NCBI GenBank assembly: GCA_964510585.1
Contig: CAZECW010000077.1
Location: forward strand, 1-6,718
From: an uncultured archaeon
Lineage (GTDB): Archaea; Asgardarchaeota; Jordiarchaeia; Jordiarchaeales; Jordiarchaeaceae
Direction: 5' to 3'
Length of the DNA stretch: 6,718 nucleotides
Shown here: in pieces, positions 1-6,568 of the stretch
Position numbering within the stretch: position 1 is the first letter of the stretch
How the letters are laid out: every line of letters starts with the position of its first letter
Program-made: the position numbers and the translations under genes
Notes under the pieces: generated by a model
Seen by the model: only the letters and a program-made list of their open reading frames with translations
Told to the model about the DNA's origin: nothing
Database searches by the model: none

Positions 1-99
1 GTTGTGCTTTGGGGGCTTCCTGTCGGATTGTGCTTTTATCTTGCCAGCCTCTTTTCCCACTCTTCTCCCCCTCGGTTCTGCATCTTCTTCCGAGTTCAT
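1..99 (-). CDS. Possible N-terminal fragment of a hypothetical protein running off the left edge (MNSEEDAEPRGRRVGKEAGKIKAQSDRKPPKHN...)
   Basis: ATG at 99 (minus strand) is open to position 1, with an in-frame TAG upstream at 127-129 and purine-rich GAGGAAG upstream. It is divergent from the SRP RNA promoter. No family is recognised and only 33 codons are visible. Confidence 0.25.
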   Translation of the reverse strand, partial: MNSEEDAEPRGRRVGKEAGKIKAQSDRKPPKHN

Positions 100-230
100 G
101 GATTGTTTCTTCCTCTGTGTTGGTAGCTATATTTGGGTGCAGGTGCCTTAATAGAGTTTTTGGGCGGCTTAAACCGCAAGAAACATACCAAAAACGCAAA
201 AATACTCAATTGTGCAACACAGCAATTGAA

Positions 231-246
231 AAGAAATGTTTATATT
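231..246 (+). promoter_or_regulatory. Archaeal promoter (purine-rich BRE plus TATA box) for the SRP RNA gene
   Basis: The purine run AAGAAA (231-236) precedes TTTATA (239-244), which ends about 26 nt before the first paired base of the SRP RNA (270). This fits archaeal TATA-to-start spacing. Confidence 0.6.
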
Positions 247-269
247 TTTGGTAAGAGTGTTCATTAGAT

Positions 270-634
270 GGTGGCAAGTCTAGGCGGAGCGGCTAGGGGT
301 CGCCTGAGAGAGGTTTTCCTCTCGACCGCAAATCCTCTTTAAGGCGGGCCGAAAGCTGATGCGAGGCTTATCCTAACCGCTAAAACGGTCTATCACTAAG
401 GCAGTGAAGATCCGCACTGGAGGACCGGCGGTGGATGGCGGCTTTCCGTAGGGAAAGTTGGTTCATCCTTCGTCGGAGGAACCGGTTAGGCCCGGGAGAG
501 TGTGAGTATAGTGATACTTACGCCTTGAAGGAGCAGCCTAACTCTGGACGTCCGGTGCTTCCAGTATCCCGGATTGGAGACCAGGTGTTAGATACGTTAG
601 CGGGGCGATTTGACGAGCATCAGGACTTGCCACC
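270..634 (+). ncRNA. ffs: Archaeal signal recognition particle RNA (7S/SRP RNA), apparently intron-containing
   Basis: Manual fold. Helix 1: GGTGGCAAGTC 270-280 / GACTTGCCACC 624-634. Alu domain: helix 2 GGC 283-285 / GCC 348-350, helix 3 GCGGC 289-293 / GTCGC 299-303, helix 4 CCGC 326-329 / GCGG 344-347, with complementary loops AGGG 295-298 / TCCT 333-336. Helix 5: CTGATGC 356-362 / GCATCAG 617-623, CCGCTAA 377-383 / TTAGCGG 597-603, ACTGGAGG 416-423 / CTTCCAGT 558-565, ACCGG 424-428 / CCGGT 552-556. Helix 6: CGGCTTTCC-GTAG-GGAAAGTTG 439-460 with the GNAR tetraloop. Helix 8: SRP54-binding halves GGTTAGGCCC 484-493 and GGAGCAGCC 530-538. Confidence 0.95.
499..529 (+). other. Putative 31-nt BHB-type intron in SRP RNA helix 8
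   Basis: Central helix CGGG 493-496 / CTTG 524-527, bulges AGA 497-499 and AAG 528-530, and intron stem GTGTGAGTAT 500-509 / ATACTTACGC 514-523. Joining 498 to 530 gives TTAGG-CCC-GGGA-GGG-AGCAGCC, the canonical helix 8. Confidence 0.8.
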
Positions 635-655
635 TAAAATCCTTATTAGGTTTTA
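635..655 (+). terminator. Possible terminator or 3' trailer hairpin after the SRP RNA
   Basis: TAAAA-T-CCT-TATT-AGG-TTTTA can pair over 8 bp with one bulge and contains a T4 run. A further T5 run lies at 676-680. Archaeal terminators are usually oligo-T, so this is only suggestive. Confidence 0.3.
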
Positions 656-887
656 AAAAGGCTGTATGAAACCCCTTTTTCATGTCGCGCGTCATACAAA
701 TTTTTGCCCGCACTACTTCGGCTTCCCAATTAATTAGTTTTTTTGCCCTTTTGAGTAGGTGTAATTAGTATTCTTTATCTTTGTCACCTTGCCTTGGGCA
801 TTTGAGTGTACTAGGGGAACCTTGAACTCGTTCCCTATTTTGTTATATTTTAGGTATATGATGAGGAAAGTCGAGAGTTAACGTTAG

Positions 888-1802
888 TTAGGATAGTAGT
901 TGGCATGCTTTACATATTTTTTCTACGGAGGGTTCGCCGCATACTGAGCATTCTTGTATTGAGTTTTGGCTGGTGGTAATTTGAGGGCTAATTTTGTCGT
1001 AAAGGCGTAATATGTTATATTTAGTGCCTGGCCTTTTTCTTTCTATTTGGTTGAGGAAGAAGCGGATATCGTCCCTGTATGCTTCAGGTGCGTATGGGCA
1101 GGGTTTTGAATTGTGTTTTAGGTCTCTGTAGAAGGCGTATAAGGTGGTTTCTTTTTCAGGTATTGTTCTTAAAGGTTTTATGCGTGGAACAAGTTTGGGA
1201 TGTACTCTTTTATTTGTTGGGCTGTTTCTCGCGAGTCTATTTAGATCTCCTCTAAGAAAGTTTAGTAATATTGTTTGAGTTTCATCGTCGAGGTTGTGGG
1301 CGGTTGCTATGCAGTCTAAATTAGCTTCTAGGGCGGTTCTGTTCAAAGCTTTTCTTCTGAGTACACCGCAGTAGGAACAAGCGCCTAATCGTTTCTTCTC
1401 CTCTTTTTCTGCACGTTTAATTATGTCGTCTAGTGTTTTGCCATAAATTTTCTTATATGAAGATTGAATGAGAGGTATGTCCAAGTCCAATGAGTGTTTC
1501 TTTACCACTTTTAGGTTGTTGTTGCTATACTGAGATATGCCTTCGTCAACATAAATTATTGATAATTTACTTTCAGGGAAGTTCTTTTCAATCTTATTCA
1601 AAATGTGCAGAAGCACCACGCTATCCTTTCCGCCAGATACAGCAACTCCTATGCGGTCTGATCTATCCAACATTTTATAATGGGAAATTGCTTTTTGAAC
1701 TCTCTTCTCAACGGAGGTAAGAAAGCATTTACGACAAAGTTTTTCTCCTGAGTAGGGTAGGAAAACCACTGCGTTTTTTGTGCATTTTTTACACTGCGTC
1801 AA
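888..1802 (-). CDS. ttuA: tRNA 2-thiolation protein, TtuA/Ncs6(CTU1) family (PP-loop ATPase with zinc fingers)
   Basis: N-terminal CKKC...CRKC zinc finger, PP-loop SGGKDS, central CSYC, TAHNLDD motif, C-terminal CSVC...CKAC zinc finger. TTG start with GGAGG on the minus strand (1814-1818). Confidence 0.9.
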   Translation of the reverse strand: MTQCKKCTKNAVVFLPYSGEKLCRKCFLTSVEKRVQKAISHYKMLDRSDRIGVAVSGGKDSVVLLHILNKIEKNFPESKLSIIYVDEGISQYSNNNLKVVKKHSLDLDIPLIQSSYKKIYGKTLDDIIKRAEKEEKKRLGACSYCGVLRRKALNRTALEANLDCIATAHNLDDETQTILLNFLRGDLNRLARNSPTNKRVHPKLVPRIKPLRTIPEKETTLYAFYRDLKHNSKPCPYAPEAYRDDIRFFLNQIERKRPGTKYNILRLYDKISPQITTSQNSIQECSVCGEPSVEKICKACQLLS

Positions 1803-1823
1803 TGGGCGTATTTCCTCCGATTG

Positions 1824-3020
1824 CTAAAGGGGTGTGAAACCTACGGTTAATATAGGCAAAACTATATTTGCGACGAGCAGGGTAATCGCAGCGATGCGTG
1901 CACCATTAAGTAGAATTTTTCTTTGTGAGTAGGATTTTTTTCCAATTTTTAGCATTTTATCCCTTGATATAGAGTTTCTTATAATTTCTTCAAATATCTT
2001 ATCACCATCAAGAGAGTATATCGGAAGCATGTTGAACATAGCTACACTGAAGGTGACAATAAAAATCCAGAAAAATGTCAAGTATAGGTGCGCTGGGAAA
2101 CTTATTCCAAGCCACCATACCGAAGGATACGGCAAATAGAATGGTCGAGGATAAGTTATTCCTATATACCCTCGAGTAGGATTTCGAGGATTTATACTTG
2201 TAGTTAGGGTAATTGTTCCTATACTCGTTTCTAGCACTAGAGTTTCAAAAGGTTTAACATTCATGAGGTAGAGGGTGAGACTTACGTCGGAGAAAACAGG
2301 AGTACCATTAATTGCAAATATTACCGTAGAGGGTGGGAGTTTAAAGTATGCGGGAGAGTTAGGATCTACGTCAGTCACAAAGACACCAATTGGGGGACCA
2401 TACCAAGGAGACAAAGCTAGTGCAAAGTTACTAAAAAGTAGTAATGCAAGTAGAGCTGACACAAGATTTACTGCGGAGCCAGCGCTGAATATTCTGAATC
2501 TACAGCGAGAGGGGGCTTTTTTCAAAAAATTTTCATCTATTTCTACGAAGCCGCCGGGTATTAGTATGAAAAATAGTAAACCTGCAGATTTTATGGGTAA
2601 ACCTTCCGCGATGGCAGCTATTCCGTGCGCCAATTCATGTGTAACTAATGTGATAATTATAGCAATTAGTACATAAATTATTGAATTGCCAGTTATTGTA
2701 ATTCCTGGAATTATTGGTATTAGGGGTGAGGCGTTTTGTGGTTGGACAAATACATTGATTAAGTTTCTTAGTAATGCCATAATTCCATAACCGAGTGCTG
2801 CATAACTTAGTGCCACTCCCAAAGTAGAAGTAGCCTTCCAGAATTTCGGAGATTTTTGTGCAATTTCTGAGATGAACTTGTTAAATCGCTTGGTTTTATA
2901 CATCAGAAATAAGGGTGCGATGTCGAAACCGTATTTTTCCAATTTTAGGTACTTTGCTATAATAAATAGCATCACCCAAAATAGAAAAATTGCTACTAAA
3001 ATTAAGTATGCGTCTGGCAA
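1824..3020 (-). CDS. Site-2 protease family (peptidase M50) intramembrane zinc metalloprotease with a PDZ-like insert
   Basis: HELAH (HExxH) inside a hydrophobic segment, GGFVE motif, NMLPIYSLDG (NxxPxxxxDG third Zn ligand), several TM segments, and a soluble PDZ-like stretch (GVFVTDVDPNSPA...IFAING). TTG start with AGGAG at 3027-3031. It stops 21 nt before ttuA, so the two are probably co-transcribed. Confidence 0.92.
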   Translation of the reverse strand: MPDAYLILVAIFLFWVMLFIIAKYLKLEKYGFDIAPLFLMYKTKRFNKFISEIAQKSPKFWKATSTLGVALSYAALGYGIMALLRNLINVFVQPQNASPLIPIIPGITITGNSIIYVLIAIIITLVTHELAHGIAAIAEGLPIKSAGLLFFILIPGGFVEIDENFLKKAPSRCRFRIFSAGSAVNLVSALLALLLFSNFALALSPWYGPPIGVFVTDVDPNSPAYFKLPPSTVIFAINGTPVFSDVSLTLYLMNVKPFETLVLETSIGTITLTTSINPRNPTRGYIGITYPRPFYLPYPSVWWLGISFPAHLYLTFFWIFIVTFSVAMFNMLPIYSLDGDKIFEEIIRNSISRDKMLKIGKKSYSQRKILLNGARIAAITLLVANIVLPILTVGFTPL

Positions 3021-3277
3021 AGATTACTCCTTCCTTTCTGGGTAGATTAAAGTTTTAGGGCGCTAGCTTAGCGTTCTCAATAATTTTTTTCGGGAGGCTT
3101 ACTATGTGCTAGTAGTTTTCTGATAAACCAGATAGGGTGATGCTTAAAAAACTATCCTTAAATGTTATGGCTACTTTTTTGGGTCGTGTGATTAAAATTT
3201 TTGGAATAAAAGGGGTAATGTTTTTTTGAATGCGATAAGAGGGGTTATTTTGACCTTCTATTAAGTTCTGGTGACTT

Positions 3278-3997
3278 ATGATGGCTGAGAAACCAGTGAG
3301 AATTGGAGATAAAATTGAGGTAAGATATGATGCTGGTAGATGGGTGCTTTTGAGAGAATTGAGAGAGAAAGCTATTCATATTATGGAAATACTATTTAGG
3401 TACGGGATTCAAACAATTATTCATGGCAGTATTGCTAGGGGGGATGTAAAAGAAACAAGTGATGTGGATGTTTTTATCCCTTACGTAGTTTCATCTTTTC
3501 TGGTTGAGCACGCTCTTGAGAATATTAAGGAAGGTTTTTTCTCAAGAGAGATTGTTCAAGCTACTCCCCAATATGCTCCTAAAGCTTACATTTACCTTGA
3601 GGATAAAGTGAGTGTTTCCTTCCCTTTAGTGGATCTTAGACGCCTGGAAAAAGAATTTTATTATTTTGGTGGCGCTTTAGACTTGGATGAGTTAAAAGAG
3701 AATAGGAGAGTACCTGGTGTTGATAAAAGATTGATGTTTATTGAGCCGACCAAGTATGGGCATTTAGAAAGTCCGGTGATTGGAAGGGAGGCGACTGTAG
3801 CTAAAAGTTTAGGGGTTAGTTTAGATATAGTCAACCAGAGAGTAAGGGTGCTTACTAAACGCGACGATATTGGGCGAACCGGTATTTATCTTAAGAGGGT
3901 TTTAGATAAAAACGAGAGCTTTGAGCAAGTAATAAAGAGAATATCGGATAAGGATCCTATGGTTCGTAAACGTTTACAAATAAAAAGAGGAAGGTGA
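3278..3997 (+). CDS. Archaeal Pol-beta-superfamily nucleotidyltransferase domain protein (COG2413-like)
   Basis: HGSIARGDVKETSDVDV matches the GS-x(n)-DxD nucleotidyltransferase motif. GGTGA at 3270-3274 fits the second ATG (3281) better than 3278. The family assignment is from recall, not a search. Confidence 0.8.
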   Translation: MMAEKPVRIGDKIEVRYDAGRWVLLRELREKAIHIMEILFRYGIQTIIHGSIARGDVKETSDVDVFIPYVVSSFLVEHALENIKEGFFSREIVQATPQYAPKAYIYLEDKVSVSFPLVDLRRLEKEFYYFGGALDLDELKENRRVPGVDKRLMFIEPTKYGHLESPVIGREATVAKSLGVSLDIVNQRVRVLTKRDDIGRTGIYLKRVLDKNESFEQVIKRISDKDPMVRKRLQIKRGR

Positions 3998-4001
3998 TAA
4001 C

Positions 4002-5090
4002 TTGCGTAAAATTTCTAAGACAGGGGGTGGGTCAATTTTTATTGGTGAACTCTCAAAAGGTTGCAAGCTCTGCGTTCGTGGCGCCAAATTGGTTTTATTT
4101 GTGACTGGTTTATGTGAGCACCCACCAAGTTGCTCTTGGTACTGCCCTATTTCATATGAACGAAGAGGAAGGGATGTTACTTTCGCTAATGAACGATTAG
4201 TCCTCGATGATGGTGATGTAATTAGTGAAGCTACCCTTTGTAGCGCGGAGGGAACAGGAATCACGGGTGGCGAGCCACTCCTAGTTTTAGATCGAACTAT
4301 TCATTATATTAACCTTTTAAAAAATCATTTTGGAGAAAAGCATCATATTCATTTATATACGGGAATGAGACGAATCGTCAGAGAGGACATAGAAAAATTA
4401 GTTGATGCGGGGCTGGATGAGATACGCTTTCATATTTCAACGGTAAGAGAGAGTAAAGTTTTAGCTTCTGTGGATGGCTCTTTGAGTGTTGGTGTTGAAA
4501 TACCTGCTATACCTAGGAGAATAGAGCCTATCAAGAGGTTGATTAAATCACTCGAAAGGTATGAGGTTAATTTTCTAAATATTAATGAGTTGGAATTTAG
4601 TGAAACGAATGCTTACCAACTAAAAATGCGTGGTTATAGACTTGATAAAAATAGTATGGTAGCTGTAGAAGGAAGCGAAAATACGGCTATGGCTTTACTC
4701 GAATGGGCTTTAAAAAATACTAATTTAAACATCCATTACTGTCCATCAAGATTTAAGGGTGGAGTACAACTTAAGAATAGGTTAGTAAGACGCGCTAAAA
4801 ACGTCGCCAAACCCTATGAAAAAGTTACAAGAGAAGGTCTTTTATTGAAGGGTGTAATTAATTTTGATGAGTCGAAAAAAGACATAAATCAGATTTATTC
4901 GATTTTCAGGAGGTACAAAATTTCTGACCAGTTAATATACTATAATAAAGAAAAATCTAGGGTTGAAACATCTGTTAGAGTAGTAAAAAAGATTGCTGAA
5001 GAAGCCAAAAGAAAAGGATTTAAGGTTGGCATTTTAGAGGAGTACCCAACAGAACAGCCGAGACTAGAAACCGAATACACTCCTCTTTAA
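4002..5090 (+). CDS. Radical SAM protein, archaeal COG2108-like (PFL-activating-enzyme-related) family
   Basis: N-terminal GCKLC, cysteine triad TGLCEHPPSCSWYCP, GITGGEP motif, GLDEIRFH, FLNINELEFSE. TTG start 4 nt after AGGTGA (3992-3997), which overlaps the upstream stop codon. Confidence 0.88.
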   Translation: MRKISKTGGGSIFIGELSKGCKLCVRGAKLVLFVTGLCEHPPSCSWYCPISYERRGRDVTFANERLVLDDGDVISEATLCSAEGTGITGGEPLLVLDRTIHYINLLKNHFGEKHHIHLYTGMRRIVREDIEKLVDAGLDEIRFHISTVRESKVLASVDGSLSVGVEIPAIPRRIEPIKRLIKSLERYEVNFLNINELEFSETNAYQLKMRGYRLDKNSMVAVEGSENTAMALLEWALKNTNLNIHYCPSRFKGGVQLKNRLVRRAKNVAKPYEKVTREGLLLKGVINFDESKKDINQIYSIFRRYKISDQLIYYNKEKSRVETSVRVVKKIAEEAKRKGFKVGILEEYPTEQPRLETEYTPL

Positions 5091-5134
5091 CTAGTATACC
5101 TTCAGCGACTTGTATAGAAGCTATTTCTAAATAG

Positions 5135-6262
5135 TTATTCAGATGAATGTTCAGCAAGAGGGAATCTTAAAATTGCGGCAATGCCTCCAAATACTCGAAG
5201 ACGTTCTCCAACTCTGTGTAACGTACTTATTATATGGGTTTTTCCACCCATGTGTTCTGATTGACGTAAAAGTTCATCATACTTCTCTCTTTCCTCAACA
5301 TTAGCGGTTCTTAACTTTTCGTCGGTTATAAGTAATTTATCTACGGCTCCCTGTAACACAGCCCTTTCAACCGCTTCATTTCCATACACAACCCGTTTAT
5401 CATCTTTGGATAAATGTATGAAAAATTCTTCTAGGAGCTGTGAGTCTTTTATAACCTTGCTCTCTTCCAAGATTTTTGCAACTATCCCTCTTTTGATAGT
5501 CTCGTAAATTCCATTTATACCTCCATAACTCGAACTCTCAAGTACTAAATTATCCTTCAGCACTGGTTGTTTACTAATTAAATAATTTAGAAAATTATCT
5601 TTTGTAAAACCGGGTCCTACTATTACAATTTTATTTATGTCTTGACCAATCTTAAACTTTTGTGATGCAATAAATTGATTAAGAGCTTTATAGACTTCAC
5701 TAAAAAAAGCCCTAATTGCTTCATCATGTTGACTAACAAACCTTTTTCCCGGTATATTTATGCTAATGTTACTAATGATGTCTACGCTATAACTATCAAT
5801 TACTGCTATACTTGCTTCGCCTTCCTCCATTGAAATTACAATTATTTTTGTTTCTTCTCTAAGTTTTTCAGCTTCGCCTATCCGGTCCAGAATATATTTT
5901 GGCCATTTACTTTTTATTATTTTAATGGGTGTTCCGGTTTCCACATTTATTGTATGATATGAACCTCTGGAAACATTTTCTGGTGCACTAGAAATAATTC
6001 CTCTCACCCTTAACCTATTAGAATACTTATGAAGTGCGGCATCCTCTACGGTAATGCCCAAGTATACAGGAGTCTTTTCGCCCTTATCTGCTCTTAGAGG
6101 CTCGTTGGAACTTCTTATTCGCCTGAATGTTTTCGCATAAACAGTGTCGCCTTTTTCTATAATATTATATAAATGCCACAGGTCGGTGAGCGTTTCAGGG
6201 ATTAACTTCATTTCTCCCTTATGCAGCTTGTCTCTATATACCTTCAAAACTATTCCCTTCAT
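5135..6262 (-). CDS. pelA: Pelota (Dom34/aPelota) ribosome rescue / mRNA surveillance protein
   Basis: N-terminal KLIPETLTDLWHLYNIIEKGDTVYAKTFRR, RLRVRGII, YHTINV, eRF1-like domain 2 with GPGFTK, and a C-terminal domain with YG..V..A...GAVDKLLITD and GGIAAILRF. Confidence 0.97.
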   Translation of the reverse strand: MKGIVLKVYRDKLHKGEMKLIPETLTDLWHLYNIIEKGDTVYAKTFRRIRSSNEPLRADKGEKTPVYLGITVEDAALHKYSNRLRVRGIISSAPENVSRGSYHTINVETGTPIKIIKSKWPKYILDRIGEAEKLREETKIIVISMEEGEASIAVIDSYSVDIISNISINIPGKRFVSQHDEAIRAFFSEVYKALNQFIASQKFKIGQDINKIVIVGPGFTKDNFLNYLISKQPVLKDNLVLESSSYGGINGIYETIKRGIVAKILEESKVIKDSQLLEEFFIHLSKDDKRVVYGNEAVERAVLQGAVDKLLITDEKLRTANVEEREKYDELLRQSEHMGGKTHIISTLHRVGERLRVFGGIAAILRFPLAEHSSE

Positions 6263-6568
6263 AATCTATAATTCTATACATACCGAGGAACCCATGGCCA
6301 ATGGGTACGATAATATCACTATTTTTGAATAATTCCCGATTTTGATGAACGTTGTAAACACATATAAATCCCTTTTTGATGGATTTGAGTATTTTTAGTA
6401 GAGTTGCAAAGACACCTTATAATCACGTCTTCTGTTTTTAGCAAGCCGTAATAACATCGTTTTAATAATTAAGGGATACATAATTATTCCGGGCGTAAAA
6501 AGTCTTTTGTGCAATTTTAACCGAAAGGTTGGAGTATTGCTTCATCGTAAGTAACAATAGTGATAAAA

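Noticed and set aside
9-254. 81-aa ORF on the + strand
   Set aside because: It has low complexity, runs through the SRP promoter and has no recognisable family.
298-330. BHB intron interpretation of the Alu-domain hairpin
   Set aside because: No register gives a 4-bp central helix with 3-nt bulges. GGTC 298-301 / GACC 324-327 leaves a 6-nt loop, and cutting there would destroy helix 4.
393-407. Hairpin TCACT-AAGGC-AGTGA as another intron
   Set aside because: These bases are explained by helix 5 (GTCTA 388-392 / TAGAT 589-593, CACT 394-397 / GGTG 584-587), and no BHB geometry is present.
499-529. C/D-box guide RNA inside the intron (GTGATAC, TTGA)
   Set aside because: The matches to RUGAUGA and CUGA are imperfect, the C-like box is partly buried in the stem, and there is no room for a guide.
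270-634. RNase P RNA as the identity of the structured RNA
   Set aside because: The RNase P P4 signatures (GAGGAAAGUCC and ACAGAA...GGCUUA) are not present in the right arrangement, whereas SRP helices 1-6 and 8 can all be built.
435-656. 73-aa ORF on the + strand
   Set aside because: It lies within the SRP RNA and has no recognisable protein features.
656-887. Inverted repeats in the spacer between the SRP RNA and ttuA (TGTATGA 663-669 / TCATACA 692-698, and TAGGGGAAC 812-820 / GTTCCCTA 830-837)
   Set aside because: They are short and imperfect with no tRNA, C/D, H/ACA or CRISPR pattern. They may be terminators for the convergent genes, but I cannot support a call.
1490-1720. 76-aa ORF on the + strand
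   Set aside because: It is an antisense shadow of ttuA.
2275-2676. 133-aa ORF on the + strand
   Set aside because: It is an antisense shadow of the M50 protease.
3974-4264. 96-aa ORF on the - strand
   Set aside because: It is antisense to the radical SAM gene and the end of the NTase gene.
6144-6332. 62-aa ORF on the + strand, including a short MANGYDNITIFE reading after GAGGA and a CCCAT/ATGGG hairpin
   Set aside because: It mostly overlaps pelota in antisense. The 12-codon tail and 5-bp hairpin are within chance expectation.
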